A stretch of 64,000 nt of DNA, taken from the NCBI GenBank assembly GCA_050250895.1, contig JBFWNU010000001.1, forward strand, positions 2,756,891-2,820,890, given 5' to 3'. Positions 29,810-40,050 of the stretch are shown piece after piece. The position numbers and the translations under genes were made by a program. A model generated the notes under the pieces. It saw only the letters and a program-made list of their open reading frames with translations, was not told where the DNA came from and did not search any database. How positions within the stretch are numbered: the first letter of the stretch is position 1; each line of letters begins with the position of its first letter. Source of the DNA: Vulcanimicrobiota bacterium. GTDB taxonomy: Bacteria; Vulcanimicrobiota; Xenobia; Xenobiales; JADMJV01.

Positions 29810-30864
29810 CAGGCAAGGGCGTGAGCGATCTCGAGAAGCTGCAAAGCCAGCTACTGCGAGAGAAAGCACGAGCGGAAGAGGCTGAAGCCGGCCGGGTTCT
29901 GGCCGAGAAGAAGATGACTCTGGCTCAAGAAGAGGCGGCCCGTCTGGGTCGCGAAATGGCGCAATTGCAAGCTCAGCTCGAATCGCTACGAGCCTCCCGC
30001 CAACCCGGGCCCGAGAGTTCTGCCGGTTCACCCTCGCAGGAGGAACTCGAGCAAGCGCGTGCTCGAGTGGTCGAGCAAAATCGCGACTACGAACGGTTGG
30101 CCGGGCGGCTGGAAGAAGAGTCGGCCGCCAAGACCATGGCCCTGGCCGATGCGGCCCGCCAGCGCAAACTGGTCAACGAACAGCAACGCAAGCTCGAGTC
30201 GCTAGAGAAAGAGATCTCGAGACTCGAGGGCCTGGCTGCCGAACTCCGCGAGGGCAAGACGGTGGTGAGCCCCGACCAGAAACGCCTCGAAGAGATCGAG
30301 AAGGCCCTGCAAGGGGTGCGGCTGGCCCTGAGTCAGAGCGAGTCCAAGCGGGGCGAGCTAGAAGAGTCTTATCGTCTGGCCCGCGAGCGAGCCGACACCC
30401 TGACCGGTCGGTTGGAGGACCTCGAGAAGACTCTGCGACGCAAGGATCAGGAATTCGACACGCTGGCTTCTAGTCTGATGCAGGCCCAGGAGCGAGCTCG
30501 CCAGCTCGAGACCGAGCTACCGTTGAGTAGCGGGATGGAAGAGGAGCTGCGCGAGCAATTGGCGGGAGCTCGCACCCAAACCGAGGATCTTCGTCGTCAA
30601 CTGGCCGAACGACAGCATGAACTCGACCAACTGCAGAAGGAACTTCAGACGTCCCAACTGGTGAAGACGGCCCTGGCCGAGCGCGACACCCGCATTCGTT
30701 CACTAGAAGAGAAGCTCGAGGCCTATCGCCAGGCTCGCGACCAGCCCGCCCCCGAGGATCCGGTGGCCCGGGCCCAGGCGCTCGAGGCCGAGCTGCAGGT
30801 CAAGGAACGTCAGATAGGCCGCCTCGAGCAGACCATCCGTCGACTGTCCTCGCCTCAGCTCTAG
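29806..30864 (+). CDS. Coiled-coil protein coupled to the giant coiled coil
   Basis: ATGA overlap; heptad-rich. Confidence 0.85.
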   Translation: MTGKGVSDLEKLQSQLLREKARAEEAEAGRVLAEKKMTLAQEEAARLGREMAQLQAQLESLRASRQPGPESSAGSPSQEELEQARARVVEQNRDYERLAGRLEEESAAKTMALADAARQRKLVNEQQRKLESLEKEISRLEGLAAELREGKTVVSPDQKRLEEIEKALQGVRLALSQSESKRGELEESYRLARERADTLTGRLEDLEKTLRRKDQEFDTLASSLMQAQERARQLETELPLSSGMEEELREQLAGARTQTEDLRRQLAERQHELDQLQKELQTSQLVKTALAERDTRIRSLEEKLEAYRQARDQPAPEDPVARAQALEAELQVKERQIGRLEQTIRRLSSPQL

Positions 30865-31769
30865 CCTGCCAAGGAGGTGAGAGGTCGGGTCGAGACCGTG
30901 ACCACCGGGTCAGGGCCCACCACTTCTAGCACCGGTTCACCGTCTGCACCCAGAAAGCGGTGGACGGCGATGGGCGATTCGAGCTCGCAGCGAGCCTGAG
31001 CCTCGGCCACTGCCGGTCCGTCGGTGAGGCGCTCTAGCGAGTGGATCCAGCGCAGGGCGGGGTCGTGGCTGAGCGAGCAGACTTGATCGAACTCGTAGTG
31101 CATGGCCTCTTCGTGAGTGTAGAGACTCATCCACACCTGGCGACCCTCTCGATAGAAAGTCTGTAGGTAGGCGGCCTGGCGTAGACGGTCGGGCTCGGAA
31201 TGCGCGCTCACGGGGGTGGCGAAGGCGTCCTCGGTGACCGACTCTAGATAGGCCTGGAGACGAGCCCGCTGGCAAGAGTCTACGGGTTCCAACCGCAGTC
31301 CGGCCCGAAACGGCGGAGTCATTCGACTCCAGCGTACCACCCCACTCAATTCTACGGCCCCCAGACCGTTGTCGAGGTCCAGGCTCAGAGCTAGCTCGTC
31401 TCCAGGTCTGAGAGGGGCATGGGTCAGCAACTGCGTTCCCTCCGCGGTCAGGTCAACCGTAAGGGCCTCGAAGTTCGGCAGCCATTGGGACCGGGTTCGC
31501 AAACTGATGGGCAGACGGGATTGACTCCGCAGCGGATACTCCACCCCTTCGGCCACAGGGACCTGGAAATCGCCCTCGATCAGGCTGACCGAACTCAGCC
31601 ATCCGTCCGATAAACGGCGATGCGCCTGGACCTTGACCAGAGCTCCCAGCAGTTCGACCGGTTCGTCCCAGCTAAGCCGCTCGGCCGTCTCGACGAGGGC
31701 CTCTCGGCCGGTCCGGCCGACCAGCCGTGCCTCGATGGGTTGATTCTTAACACTAAAGAGCGACAGCAT
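30861..31769 (-). CDS. PilZ-domain protein with extra N- and C-terminal domains
   Basis: RSQSR, DLTAEG, GVVRW and AGL motifs; GAGGAGG SD. Confidence 0.8.
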   Translation of the reverse strand: MLSLFSVKNQPIEARLVGRTGREALVETAERLSWDEPVELLGALVKVQAHRRLSDGWLSSVSLIEGDFQVPVAEGVEYPLRSQSRLPISLRTRSQWLPNFEALTVDLTAEGTQLLTHAPLRPGDELALSLDLDNGLGAVELSGVVRWSRMTPPFRAGLRLEPVDSCQRARLQAYLESVTEDAFATPVSAHSEPDRLRQAAYLQTFYREGRQVWMSLYTHEEAMHYEFDQVCSLSHDPALRWIHSLERLTDGPAVAEAQARCELESPIAVHRFLGADGEPVLEVVGPDPVVTVSTRPLTSLAG

Positions 31770-31949
31770 AGCTCCTCCTCGGGTGTCTTCAGGGCTATTC
31801 GGGCCCGCTTAAAGCATAGGCTGGCGGGGTGGACCTGCCTGAGCCTCCGCGGGATGACATCATCCCATCCTAGGGGATAGTCAGAGGCGGCCAGAACCTG
31901 GCTTCACCCCCGGCAGGCCTCGGTCGGATAGAGGAGGAAAGGAGCGGCC

Positions 31950-34900
31950 ATGGTCCTGTGGGATACTTTTATCGAAGCCGGTCGAGGCTACTTCGAGAAA
32001 GGCCAGTACGCCAAAGCCGAAGAGCTCTATCGAGCTGCTCTCAAGGAAGCTGAAGGGTTCGGAGAACAGGACACCCGCCTGGCTCGCACTCTTAATGATC
32101 TGGGGCTTTTGTGCAACGTCCAGGGACGGGCCGACGAGGCGCGCGAACTGCTCTCCCGAGCGGTGGGTATCTACGAGTCAGGCAGCCCCGAGAACGCAGA
32201 TCTGGCCACCAGTCTCAACAATCTGGCCAATTTGCATTGCGATCACGGCGAATATCAGCTGGCCGAGCCCCTGTATCTGCGCTCGCTCGGCATCAAAGAG
32301 GCGGCCCTGGGCGAGAACCATCCCGACGTGGCCGTGGCCCTGAACAATCTGGGCGAGTTGTTGGCCAACTGTGGCCGTTTTGACGAAGCCGGCCCGCTCT
32401 ATCAAAGGGCTCTGGAAATCCGCGAGAGCCAGCTCGGCGCCGACGATTTCGAGGTGGCCGAGAGCCTCAACAACCTGGCCGCTTTCCATTTTCATCAGGG
32501 CGACTACGAGGCGGCGGAACGCGCCGCTCGGCGGGCGCTGGCCATCGACGAAGCGCTGGGCAGCGACCATCCCACCGTGGCTACCGACATCAAGAATCTC
32601 GGCGAAATCTTGCGGGCCCAGAATCGCTTTGACGAAGCCATCGTGGCTCTCGAGCGTGGCCTCGAACTGCGCCAGGGGCAGCTGGGCCCAGATCACCCCG
32701 AACTGGGCTCGCTACTGCTGAGCCTATCGGACTCGTATCGCGCCCTCGAACGCATCGAGCCAGCGCGAGACTATGCCCAGCGTGCCCTGACCCTGCAAGA
32801 AGCCGAACTCGGGTCGGACCATCCGGCCGTGGGCAGGTGCCTGGCCAGTCTGGCCGTGCTGGCCCGGTTGCAAGACGACACCGCCACCGCGCTCTCCCAA
32901 GGTCAACGAGCCCTCGAGATTCTCGAGCGGCACCTGGGCCCCGAAGATGCCGAGTTGCTGGGGCCTCTGCTCAGCCTCGGCCAGGCCTTGCATGCCACGC
33001 AGCAAGAGGACCAGGCCCTGGCTCATTTCGAGCGAGCCCTTCAGCTGGTGCGCGCTCACCAACTGACGCCTCCAGGTGAATTGCTCGACGCTCTGGGCGA
33101 GCTGTATGAAAGTCGGGGTGAGACCGACAAGGCTGACGACTTGCTCAGTCATTCGCTCGAGCTGCAGCGCCGTCAACTTCAACCCGACGATCCGGCCTTT
33201 CTCGACGCCGTCTTGCGGCTGGCCGATGTGCACTGGCGCAGGGGTCGCTACGCTGAAGCCAGGCCTCACCTCGAAGAGGCGCTGCGCGGCCTCGAATCGG
33301 CCTACGGCGAACTCGACCCGCGGGTGCTCGAGGTGGTGGCTCAACTGGCCCGCAGCTGCCGGTTGATCGGCCTGGACCACGAGTCCGAGGGCTACTATGC
33401 CCGCTTGCTGCGGGCCGAGGACCTCGAAGATGGGCCCGAACCCCCTCTGCTGCTCGAGGCTCTGGCCAACCTCGGTCGCTTTCATCGTCTTTCGGGCGAG
33501 ATCGACTCCGCTCGCTCGCTGCTGGTGCGTGCCCTCGAAGTGGGCGAGTCGGTGGGCGACGAGGGACGCGCCGTGTTGGCCGAGGCCCTGATCAACCTGG
33601 GCGCCATTCAGGTGGGGGACGCTCAATACGAACAGGCCGAGCCGATGGTTCGGCGCGGTCTGGCCCGGCTTGACCCCGCAGCCGACGAGGCTATCGAGGC
33701 CCGCCTGTTACTGGCCCAGATCGCTCTGGCTCAACAACAGTTCGATGAAGCCGAGACAAACTACCAGCAAGCTCTGGCCGAACTCGAGACAAAACTTGGC
33801 TCGGACCATCCCGACCTGGTGCCGGTGCTTAGCGCGCTGGGTCAACTGCACCACGAGCTCGACGGGCATGCGGAGTCCGAGTCCTATCATCGCCGCGCTC
33901 TGGCGTTGTTGCAGGCGCACGAGCAGGGGCAAACCATCGAGGCCGCCGTCGAACTGAGCCACCTGGCCGATCTCTGCTTCTCGGCCCAACGATTCGACGA
34001 GGCGGAGCGCTTCTACGAGCAGGCTCTCGCGGTGCAGCGAGAAGTGCTGGGCGAGCGCCACCCTGAGCTGGGTCCCAACTTGAACAATCTGGGCCAGCTG
34101 TATTTCGCCCGCGGTGACTACGCTCAGGCCGAGCCGGTCTACTCCCAGGCGTTGACCCTGCTGGAAGAGACGCTGGGAGCGCTCGACCCCGACGTGCTGT
34201 TGGTGCGGCGTAATCTGGCCAACCTCTACCGGTTGCAAGGCGAACTGGACCGGGCCGAGCCGATGCTCATCCGGGTGGTGGCCGACGCCGAGGCTTTGCT
34301 CGGCGGCGAGCATCCTGACCTGGCCATCGACCTCAACAGCCTGGCCGAGCTACATGCTGCTCGGCGCCAGTATGACGAGGCCGAGGCGCTCTATCAACGC
34401 TCCATTCAGATCTCCGAGGCGGCCCTGGGGACCGAGCACACTAACGTGGCGGCCGGCCTCAACAACCTGGCCCTCATGTACATGTCGCTGGAGCGTTACG
34501 CTCAGGCCGAGCCGCTGGCTCGGCGCGCGCTGACGATCTTCCGCACCACTCTGGGCGAGGACCATCCGAATCTGATGACCTGTCTGTCCAACGTGGCCGA
34601 GAATTGCCAGGCCCTGGGTCGCCTCGACGAAGCCGAAAAGCTATATTCTGAGGCGGTCGAGGTGGGTCGGCGCACGCTGGGCAGCGACAGTCCCGAAGTG
34701 GCCGCCGGCCTGTTGACCCTGGCTCACGTTCAGGCTCAGCTCGAACGCCATCAAGACACCCTGGCGACGATTCAAGAGGCGATGACCATCGACGAGGCCA
34801 ACGCCTATCGCTTCGAGTTGCTCTTGTTGCGGGCCGAGTCCGAGCGCGCCCTGGGCCATGAGAGCGCTTCCGAGACGGCCGAAGAAGCTCTGCGCCAGGC

Positions 34901-37900
34901 GCGCCAGGTGGACGATCCCGACCCGGCCGCGGTGGCTCAATGTCTGGTGCTGGTGGCGCGTTGTCGTCGTTCTGCCGGGCGCCTCGACGAAGCCTCAGAG
35001 TGCCTTGACGAAGCGGTCGAGCTGTTGCGCATCGAGAAAGGCGAAGGGGCAGTCGAGCTGGCCGGCCCGCTGAAGGAGTTGGCTGAACTCAGCCGCGAGC
35101 AAGGGCGTCTCGACACGGCCTGGTCGAGCCTTTCCGAAGTGCTGCGCATTCAAGAGGATGGGTTGGGCCCCGAGCATCTCGAGGTGGGCCGCACCATGGC
35201 TGAAATGGCTCGCACCGCCCACCAGCGAGACGATCTCAATCGGGCCGAAAGTCTTTACCGCCGAGCGCTCGAGCTGGGTGGCACCAACCTTGGCGCCGAC
35301 CATCCTGAACTGGCCGCCCTGATGATGGGGCTGGCCGAGCTGTATGAGGCTCAGGGCCGTTTTCTGGCGGCCGAGTCGCTGGTCGGGCGGGCTCTCGAGA
35401 TTCAAAAACGCGCTCATGGCGAAAAGGCGGTCCTGGTCGGGCGCGGATTGGCCGATCTGGCCCGTCTGCAGCAGCGGCAAGAGAAAGTCGACGAGGCTGA
35501 AGAGAGCTATCGCGAGGCACTGGCCATCCTCGGTGAGCATGTCGAGCCGTCGGGCCTGTCGCGAGAGACGCTTCAGTTGGCCCGCATTCTCAATCGAGTG
35601 GGCAAGGTTGCTGAAGCCGAGCCGCTCTTCCAACAAGCCGTCGACTGGCGTCTGGCCGATCCCGCGGCCGACCCGGCCGAGTTGGCCACTGAACTCAGCG
35701 AATTGGCCGAACTCTATCTGCGCCAGGGACGCCACGACGAGGCCGAGCCCTACCTCGTCAAAGCCATCGAGTATCGTGAGCAGAGCGGTCCGCCGCTCAA
35801 GCTGGCTCCGCTGTTGCGCAATCTGGCGGGCATTCTGGTGCGCTCCGAGCGATTTGACCGGGCCGAATCGGCCTATCGTCGAGCCCTCGAGATCCAGGAA
35901 GGGACCATCGGCTCCGACAATCCCGAGGTAGGCTCGACCCTGCACGAGTTGGCCGCTTTGCTGGTGAAAAAGGGCGAAGTGGCTCAGGCCGAGTCGCTGC
36001 ACAACCGTGCTCTGGACATTCGTGAAAAGGCTTGCGGCCCCGAGAGTCTCGAGGTGGCCGACAGCCTCGATCAGATGGCCCAGTTTTATGCCGCTCGCGG
36101 CAAGACCGTCCAGTCTGAGGTCTTGCTCGAGCGGGCCAGCGACATCGTCGAGGCGGTGCTCGGTCCGCAGCACGTCGGGCTGGCTCCCTATCTGGTGCGT
36201 CGGGCCGATCTTTATCTCGAGGCTCGACCGGGCGAGGCTGAACAGCTTTATCTGCGGGCCCTGGCCCTGTGGGATCGCAGTCCCATGGCGGTGGACAAGT
36301 CGCGGCTGGCCCAGGCCAACCGCTCGCTGGCCACGGCGCAGGCCGCCCTGGGCAAAAACGAAGAGGCGCTGGCCACCGGCCTCAAGACCGAGAAGCTCCT
36401 CAAAGCGCTCTTGCCCGAAGGCCATCCCGACCTGATCCAATTGAGCGCCTTTCTGGGTACCCTGCTGCTCGAACTCGATCGGCACTCGATGGCGGAACCG
36501 CGCCTGCTGGCCTGTCTCGAGGCTCGCCGGGTCGAGGTCGGGGAGGACAATCCCCAGCTGGTGCCCGAGCTGGTCGGTCTGGCCAGTTGTTACCTGGCCC
36601 AAAACAAGGTCGAGCCGGCCGCTCCCCTGGTGACTCAGGCTTTGCAGCTGCAGCACGACCAGCCCCGCGAGCCCATTAACCTCAGCCCGCTGTTGCTACA
36701 GCTGGCCGATCAGTATCGCGAGCACAACCGCGAGGGCGAGGCCGAAGAGATTTATCAGAAGGTGCTCACCAGCGCCCGCGAAGTCGACGATGAGCGCACC
36801 GTGGCCCGCTGTCTGGGACCACTAGCCTCTATCTATCTCAAACGCGGCAATCTCCGCGACGCCGCACCCATGTGCGAGCAAGAGGTCACCCTCAAAGAGA
36901 AGCTGCTGGGAGCGCATCACCCCGAGGTCGCTCGCGGCTACTCCAGACTGGCCGAGCTGTATCAAGGTCAGGGCCAGTTGGCCCAGGCCGAAGAGGCTCT
37001 CAAGAAAATGCTGGCCATTCACGAGGCCAACCTGGGCGACCAGCACCCTCAGGTCGCCCAGGCCCTGAGCGAGTTGGCCGAACTGTATCGGCAGCGCGAA
37101 CTCTTGCCCGAATCCGAGACCCTGCACCGGCGAGCCTACGAAATCCGCAAGCGCCATCTGGGCTCGGACCACGCCGACACGGCCGAAAGCCTCCACTCGC
37201 TGGGTTGTCTCTACCAGGCCGAAGGCAAGTTCGACACGGCCGAATCGTTCTTGCAGCGCTCGCTCGAGATCAAGCAGCGCGCCCACAGCGCCGACCACCC
37301 CAAGGTGGCCCGGGTGCTGCACGCCCTGGCCTCGCTCTTTCAAGACCAGAAGCGCTACACCGAGGCCGAGGCCCTGTTCAACCGGGCTCTGACCATGCGC
37401 GAACGGGCGCTGGGCGAGAGCCATCCCGAGGTGGCCGAAAGCCTGGAGGGGCTGGCCGGCCTCTACCAGGCCCAGAAGCTTTACAACCAGGCTGAACCGC
37501 TGCTCGGCAAAGCGCTCGAATCGCTCGAGGTCACGCTGGGGCCCTCTCACCTTTCGGTGGCCGACAGCCTGACCAAGCTGGGTCAGATCTATCTGATCCA
37601 GGGCCAACCCGAGAAGGCCCGCGAGCCTCTTGCCCGGGCACTCGAGATCCGGATCAGCAAGTTGGGCGAATCCAACCGTCTGGTGGCCCAAAGCCTCAAC
37701 TTCATGGGTCGGGTGCGCCGATTGGGTGGCGAACTCGAGCAGGCCTGCGATTGTTACGAGCGAGCCCGGGTCATCTTCGAGCGCGAGTACGGCGCCGATC
37801 ATCCGAACGTGTGCGAGACCCTCGAAGGGCTCGGAGACCTGGCTCTGGCCAGCGGGCAACCCACCGAAGCGGTGGACTATTTCCAGCGCTCGCTCGATAT

Positions 37901-39194
37901 TCGCCTGCGTATCTACGGGCCCGACCACGATTTGGTGGCCACCAGCCGCCACAAACTGGGCACCGCCCACCGGGGCTGTAAGAACTTCGACAAAGCCGAA
38001 TTCGAACTCAAGAAGGCTCTCGAGATCCGGGGCCGGGTGCTGGGACCTGACCACCCCGAGGTGGCCCTCAGCCTGCACTGCCTGGGCGAGTTTTACGCTT
38101 CTCAGGGCAAGTTCGTGGCCGCCGGTGCGCTGTGCGAGCGGGCGCTCGAGATTCAAGAGAAAGTCCACGGGCCCGAGCACGCCGATGTGGCCTCCACCTT
38201 GCTCACGCTGGCTCGTTTCGAGACCGTGCAAAACCAGCACAAGCGAGCCGAGCCGCTGGCTGAGCGCGCCCTGTCGATTCGGGGGGCGGTCTTTGGCGAA
38301 GAGCATCCCGCCTATGCCGAGGCGCTGCATGTGTTGGCCGAGATCTGCCAGGGGCAGCAGCGCTTCGAGCAGGCCGAGCAGTTCTTTGACCGCGCCCTCG
38401 ACATTCGCGAGCGCAAGCTCGGAGGCACCCACCCGGATACCGGTGTGAGCCTGCGCGGTCTGGCCCAACTTTATCAACGTCAGGGCAAGCTGTCGGTGGC
38501 CGAGCGTTTCCACAAACGCACGCTGGCCATTCTCGAGAAGAATCTCGGACCGGACCACCCCGATCTGGCCGACAGTCTTCACAGTCTGGGCCAGCTCTAC
38601 CGGTCGCTGGGCCGCGGCATGGAGGCGGAAACGCTGTTCAAGCGCGCCATGGATTTGCGGGGTCGGGCCCTGGGTCAGGAACACCCCGATGTGGCCGCCA
38701 GTCTCCACAGCCTGGCCGAGGTCTATCAAGACCAGCGCAACTTCCTGGCGGCCAAAGCGCTCTTCTCGAAGGCACTCGAAATTCGCGAAAAGGTATTGCT
38801 TCCGGACCATGCCGCTCTGGTCGAGACGCAGTTGGCCCTGGCCCTGTTGCACAAGACGGCCGAGAATTATGCCGAGGCGGAACCGCTGCTCAAGCGGGTG
38901 CTCGAGGCCAAGTCCAAGCGCCACGGCGACCAGCATCCCGAGGTGGCGGCGGTGCTGCAAGAACTGGCCGACATCCAGGCCGCCAAGGGCCAGGCGACCC
39001 AGGCCGAGGCCATGGTCAAGCGCGCCATCAGCATCTATGAACAAGCATTAGGGCCCGGCCACTTCGACGTGGCCAAGGCCCTATTACAACTGGCGGTGCT
39101 GGTCGAGAGCCAGGGCAACCTCGAGGAAGCCGCCCTCTATCGCAAGCGCGCCGAGACCATCGCCGACAGCAGCGCCCAGCAGATTCGCTCTTAG
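31950..39194 (+). CDS. Giant TPR protein (42-aa kinesin-light-chain-like repeats)
   Basis: LGxDHPxVAxxLxxLAxLY..EAE..YxRAL repeated throughout; AGGAG SD. Confidence 0.95.
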   Translation: MVLWDTFIEAGRGYFEKGQYAKAEELYRAALKEAEGFGEQDTRLARTLNDLGLLCNVQGRADEARELLSRAVGIYESGSPENADLATSLNNLANLHCDHGEYQLAEPLYLRSLGIKEAALGENHPDVAVALNNLGELLANCGRFDEAGPLYQRALEIRESQLGADDFEVAESLNNLAAFHFHQGDYEAAERAARRALAIDEALGSDHPTVATDIKNLGEILRAQNRFDEAIVALERGLELRQGQLGPDHPELGSLLLSLSDSYRALERIEPARDYAQRALTLQEAELGSDHPAVGRCLASLAVLARLQDDTATALSQGQRALEILERHLGPEDAELLGPLLSLGQALHATQQEDQALAHFERALQLVRAHQLTPPGELLDALGELYESRGETDKADDLLSHSLELQRRQLQPDDPAFLDAVLRLADVHWRRGRYAEARPHLEEALRGLESAYGELDPRVLEVVAQLARSCRLIGLDHESEGYYARLLRAEDLEDGPEPPLLLEALANLGRFHRLSGEIDSARSLLVRALEVGESVGDEGRAVLAEALINLGAIQVGDAQYEQAEPMVRRGLARLDPAADEAIEARLLLAQIALAQQQFDEAETNYQQALAELETKLGSDHPDLVPVLSALGQLHHELDGHAESESYHRRALALLQAHEQGQTIEAAVELSHLADLCFSAQRFDEAERFYEQALAVQREVLGERHPELGPNLNNLGQLYFARGDYAQAEPVYSQALTLLEETLGALDPDVLLVRRNLANLYRLQGELDRAEPMLIRVVADAEALLGGEHPDLAIDLNSLAELHAARRQYDEAEALYQRSIQISEAALGTEHTNVAAGLNNLALMYMSLERYAQAEPLARRALTIFRTTLGEDHPNLMTCLSNVAENCQALGRLDEAEKLYSEAVEVGRRTLGSDSPEVAAGLLTLAHVQAQLERHQDTLATIQEAMTIDEANAYRFELLLLRAESERALGHESASETAEEALRQARQVDDPDPAAVAQCLVLVARCRRSAGRLDEASECLDEAVELLRIEKGEGAVELAGPLKELAELSREQGRLDTAWSSLSEVLRIQEDGLGPEHLEVGRTMAEMARTAHQRDDLNRAESLYRRALELGGTNLGADHPELAALMMGLAELYEAQGRFLAAESLVGRALEIQKRAHGEKAVLVGRGLADLARLQQRQEKVDEAEESYREALAILGEHVEPSGLSRETLQLARILNRVGKVAEAEPLFQQAVDWRLADPAADPAELATELSELAELYLRQGRHDEAEPYLVKAIEYREQSGPPLKLAPLLRNLAGILVRSERFDRAESAYRRALEIQEGTIGSDNPEVGSTLHELAALLVKKGEVAQAESLHNRALDIREKACGPESLEVADSLDQMAQFYAARGKTVQSEVLLERASDIVEAVLGPQHVGLAPYLVRRADLYLEARPGEAEQLYLRALALWDRSPMAVDKSRLAQANRSLATAQAALGKNEEALATGLKTEKLLKALLPEGHPDLIQLSAFLGTLLLELDRHSMAEPRLLACLEARRVEVGEDNPQLVPELVGLASCYLAQNKVEPAAPLVTQALQLQHDQPREPINLSPLLLQLADQYREHNREGEAEEIYQKVLTSAREVDDERTVARCLGPLASIYLKRGNLRDAAPMCEQEVTLKEKLLGAHHPEVARGYSRLAELYQGQGQLAQAEEALKKMLAIHEANLGDQHPQVAQALSELAELYRQRELLPESETLHRRAYEIRKRHLGSDHADTAESLHSLGCLYQAEGKFDTAESFLQRSLEIKQRAHSADHPKVARVLHALASLFQDQKRYTEAEALFNRALTMRERALGESHPEVAESLEGLAGLYQAQKLYNQAEPLLGKALESLEVTLGPSHLSVADSLTKLGQIYLIQGQPEKAREPLARALEIRISKLGESNRLVAQSLNFMGRVRRLGGELEQACDCYERARVIFEREYGADHPNVCETLEGLGDLALASGQPTEAVDYFQRSLDIRLRIYGPDHDLVATSRHKLGTAHRGCKNFDKAEFELKKALEIRGRVLGPDHPEVALSLHCLGEFYASQGKFVAAGALCERALEIQEKVHGPEHADVASTLLTLARFETVQNQHKRAEPLAERALSIRGAVFGEEHPAYAEALHVLAEICQGQQRFEQAEQFFDRALDIRERKLGGTHPDTGVSLRGLAQLYQRQGKLSVAERFHKRTLAILEKNLGPDHPDLADSLHSLGQLYRSLGRGMEAETLFKRAMDLRGRALGQEHPDVAASLHSLAEVYQDQRNFLAAKALFSKALEIREKVLLPDHAALVETQLALALLHKTAENYAEAEPLLKRVLEAKSKRHGDQHPEVAAVLQELADIQAAKGQATQAEAMVKRAISIYEQALGPGHFDVAKALLQLAVLVESQGNLEEAALYRKRAETIADSSAQQIRS

Positions 39195-39201
39195 GATGCC
39201 C

Positions 39202-39522
39202 TCAGTCGCGACCGGCCACGGCCTTGAAGAAGGCCATGATGGCGCCGTCTTTCTTGGCCGGGTGGGTTAGTTCTTCGAGTTCGCCAGCGTCTAACCAGAC
39301 GCCGCGACAAGCGGGGCAACGATCCAGCTCCACATCGCCATGGCGCTCGGGAACCAGGGTGGCGTTCTGGCAGCGGGGGCATTTGCGCTCCAGCGACTTT
39401 TTTTTGCGCTCGCGTTCGAGGTCTTCGAGGCGCTCGCGCTCTTGGCGCTCGAAAAACTTGTCCTCTTTGCTGTGGGGACGACGACTGAGTTCTTCCTGAC
39501 TAACCGGTCTTTCTTCGGACAC
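39202..39522 (-). CDS. zf-TFIIB-like zinc-ribbon protein
   Basis: CPRC..ELDRCPACRGVWLDAGELE; AGGAGG before GTG 39522. Confidence 0.85.
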   Translation of the reverse strand: MSEERPVSQEELSRRPHSKEDKFFERQERERLEDLERERKKKSLERKCPRCQNATLVPERHGDVELDRCPACRGVWLDAGELEELTHPAKKDGAIMAFFKAVAGRD

Positions 39523-39680
39523 GCACAACCTCCTAAAGGAATTCTCGGGTTGTTTTTCCTCATCCACGCCGTTCCTCCTCGGCGGACTGGAAGCAACCTG
39601 TGAGCAATGTTTACAAATTTGTAAGCTCGAAGGGCTCTTGTTCAAAGCGGATTTCCCATAGTCTGGTCTAGACTCGACCC

Positions 39681-40004
39681 ATGACCAGCTACAATCGCCG
39701 CCACAACGGCCGGATTCACCGGCAACTCACGCTCGAGAGCAACGGCCGTCAGGGACATCTGCTGGACTTGAGCGAGAGCGGGGCCCGCTTGCTGCTCTGC
39801 CAACCCGGACGCTGGGTGGCGCTGACCTTCGAACTCGATGGTCGCCGGGTCGAAGTACAGGCTGAACGCACCTGGATTCGCAGGTTGGGACCGGGCCCCC
39901 AACGGATGGTGGGGGTTCGCTTCGTGGGTCTGTCGGCCGAGGCCCGTGGTGTGCTTCACATGTGGCTGGTGCGCCAACAATACCAGCAGCGCCTGGCCAG
40001 CTAG
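39681..40004 (+). CDS. Single-domain PilZ protein
   Basis: RHNGR, DLSESG and GVRF motifs; resembles 10708..11022. Confidence 0.8.
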   Translation: MTSYNRRHNGRIHRQLTLESNGRQGHLLDLSESGARLLLCQPGRWVALTFELDGRRVEVQAERTWIRRLGPGPQRMVGVRFVGLSAEARGVLHMWLVRQQYQQRLAS

Positions 40005-40050
40005 GCCGGTGCCTTGAAGGTCGGGGGGACGGGGGTTCGAAATAGACCCC

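Noticed and set aside
29800-29815. Frameshift splitting one coiled-coil gene
   Set aside because: A standard ATGA stop/start overlap with no slippery sequence.
25115-39044. Long antisense ORFs (25115..27121, 28385..29770, 34995..36656, 36822..39044)
   Set aside because: In-register shadows of GC3-biased sense genes.
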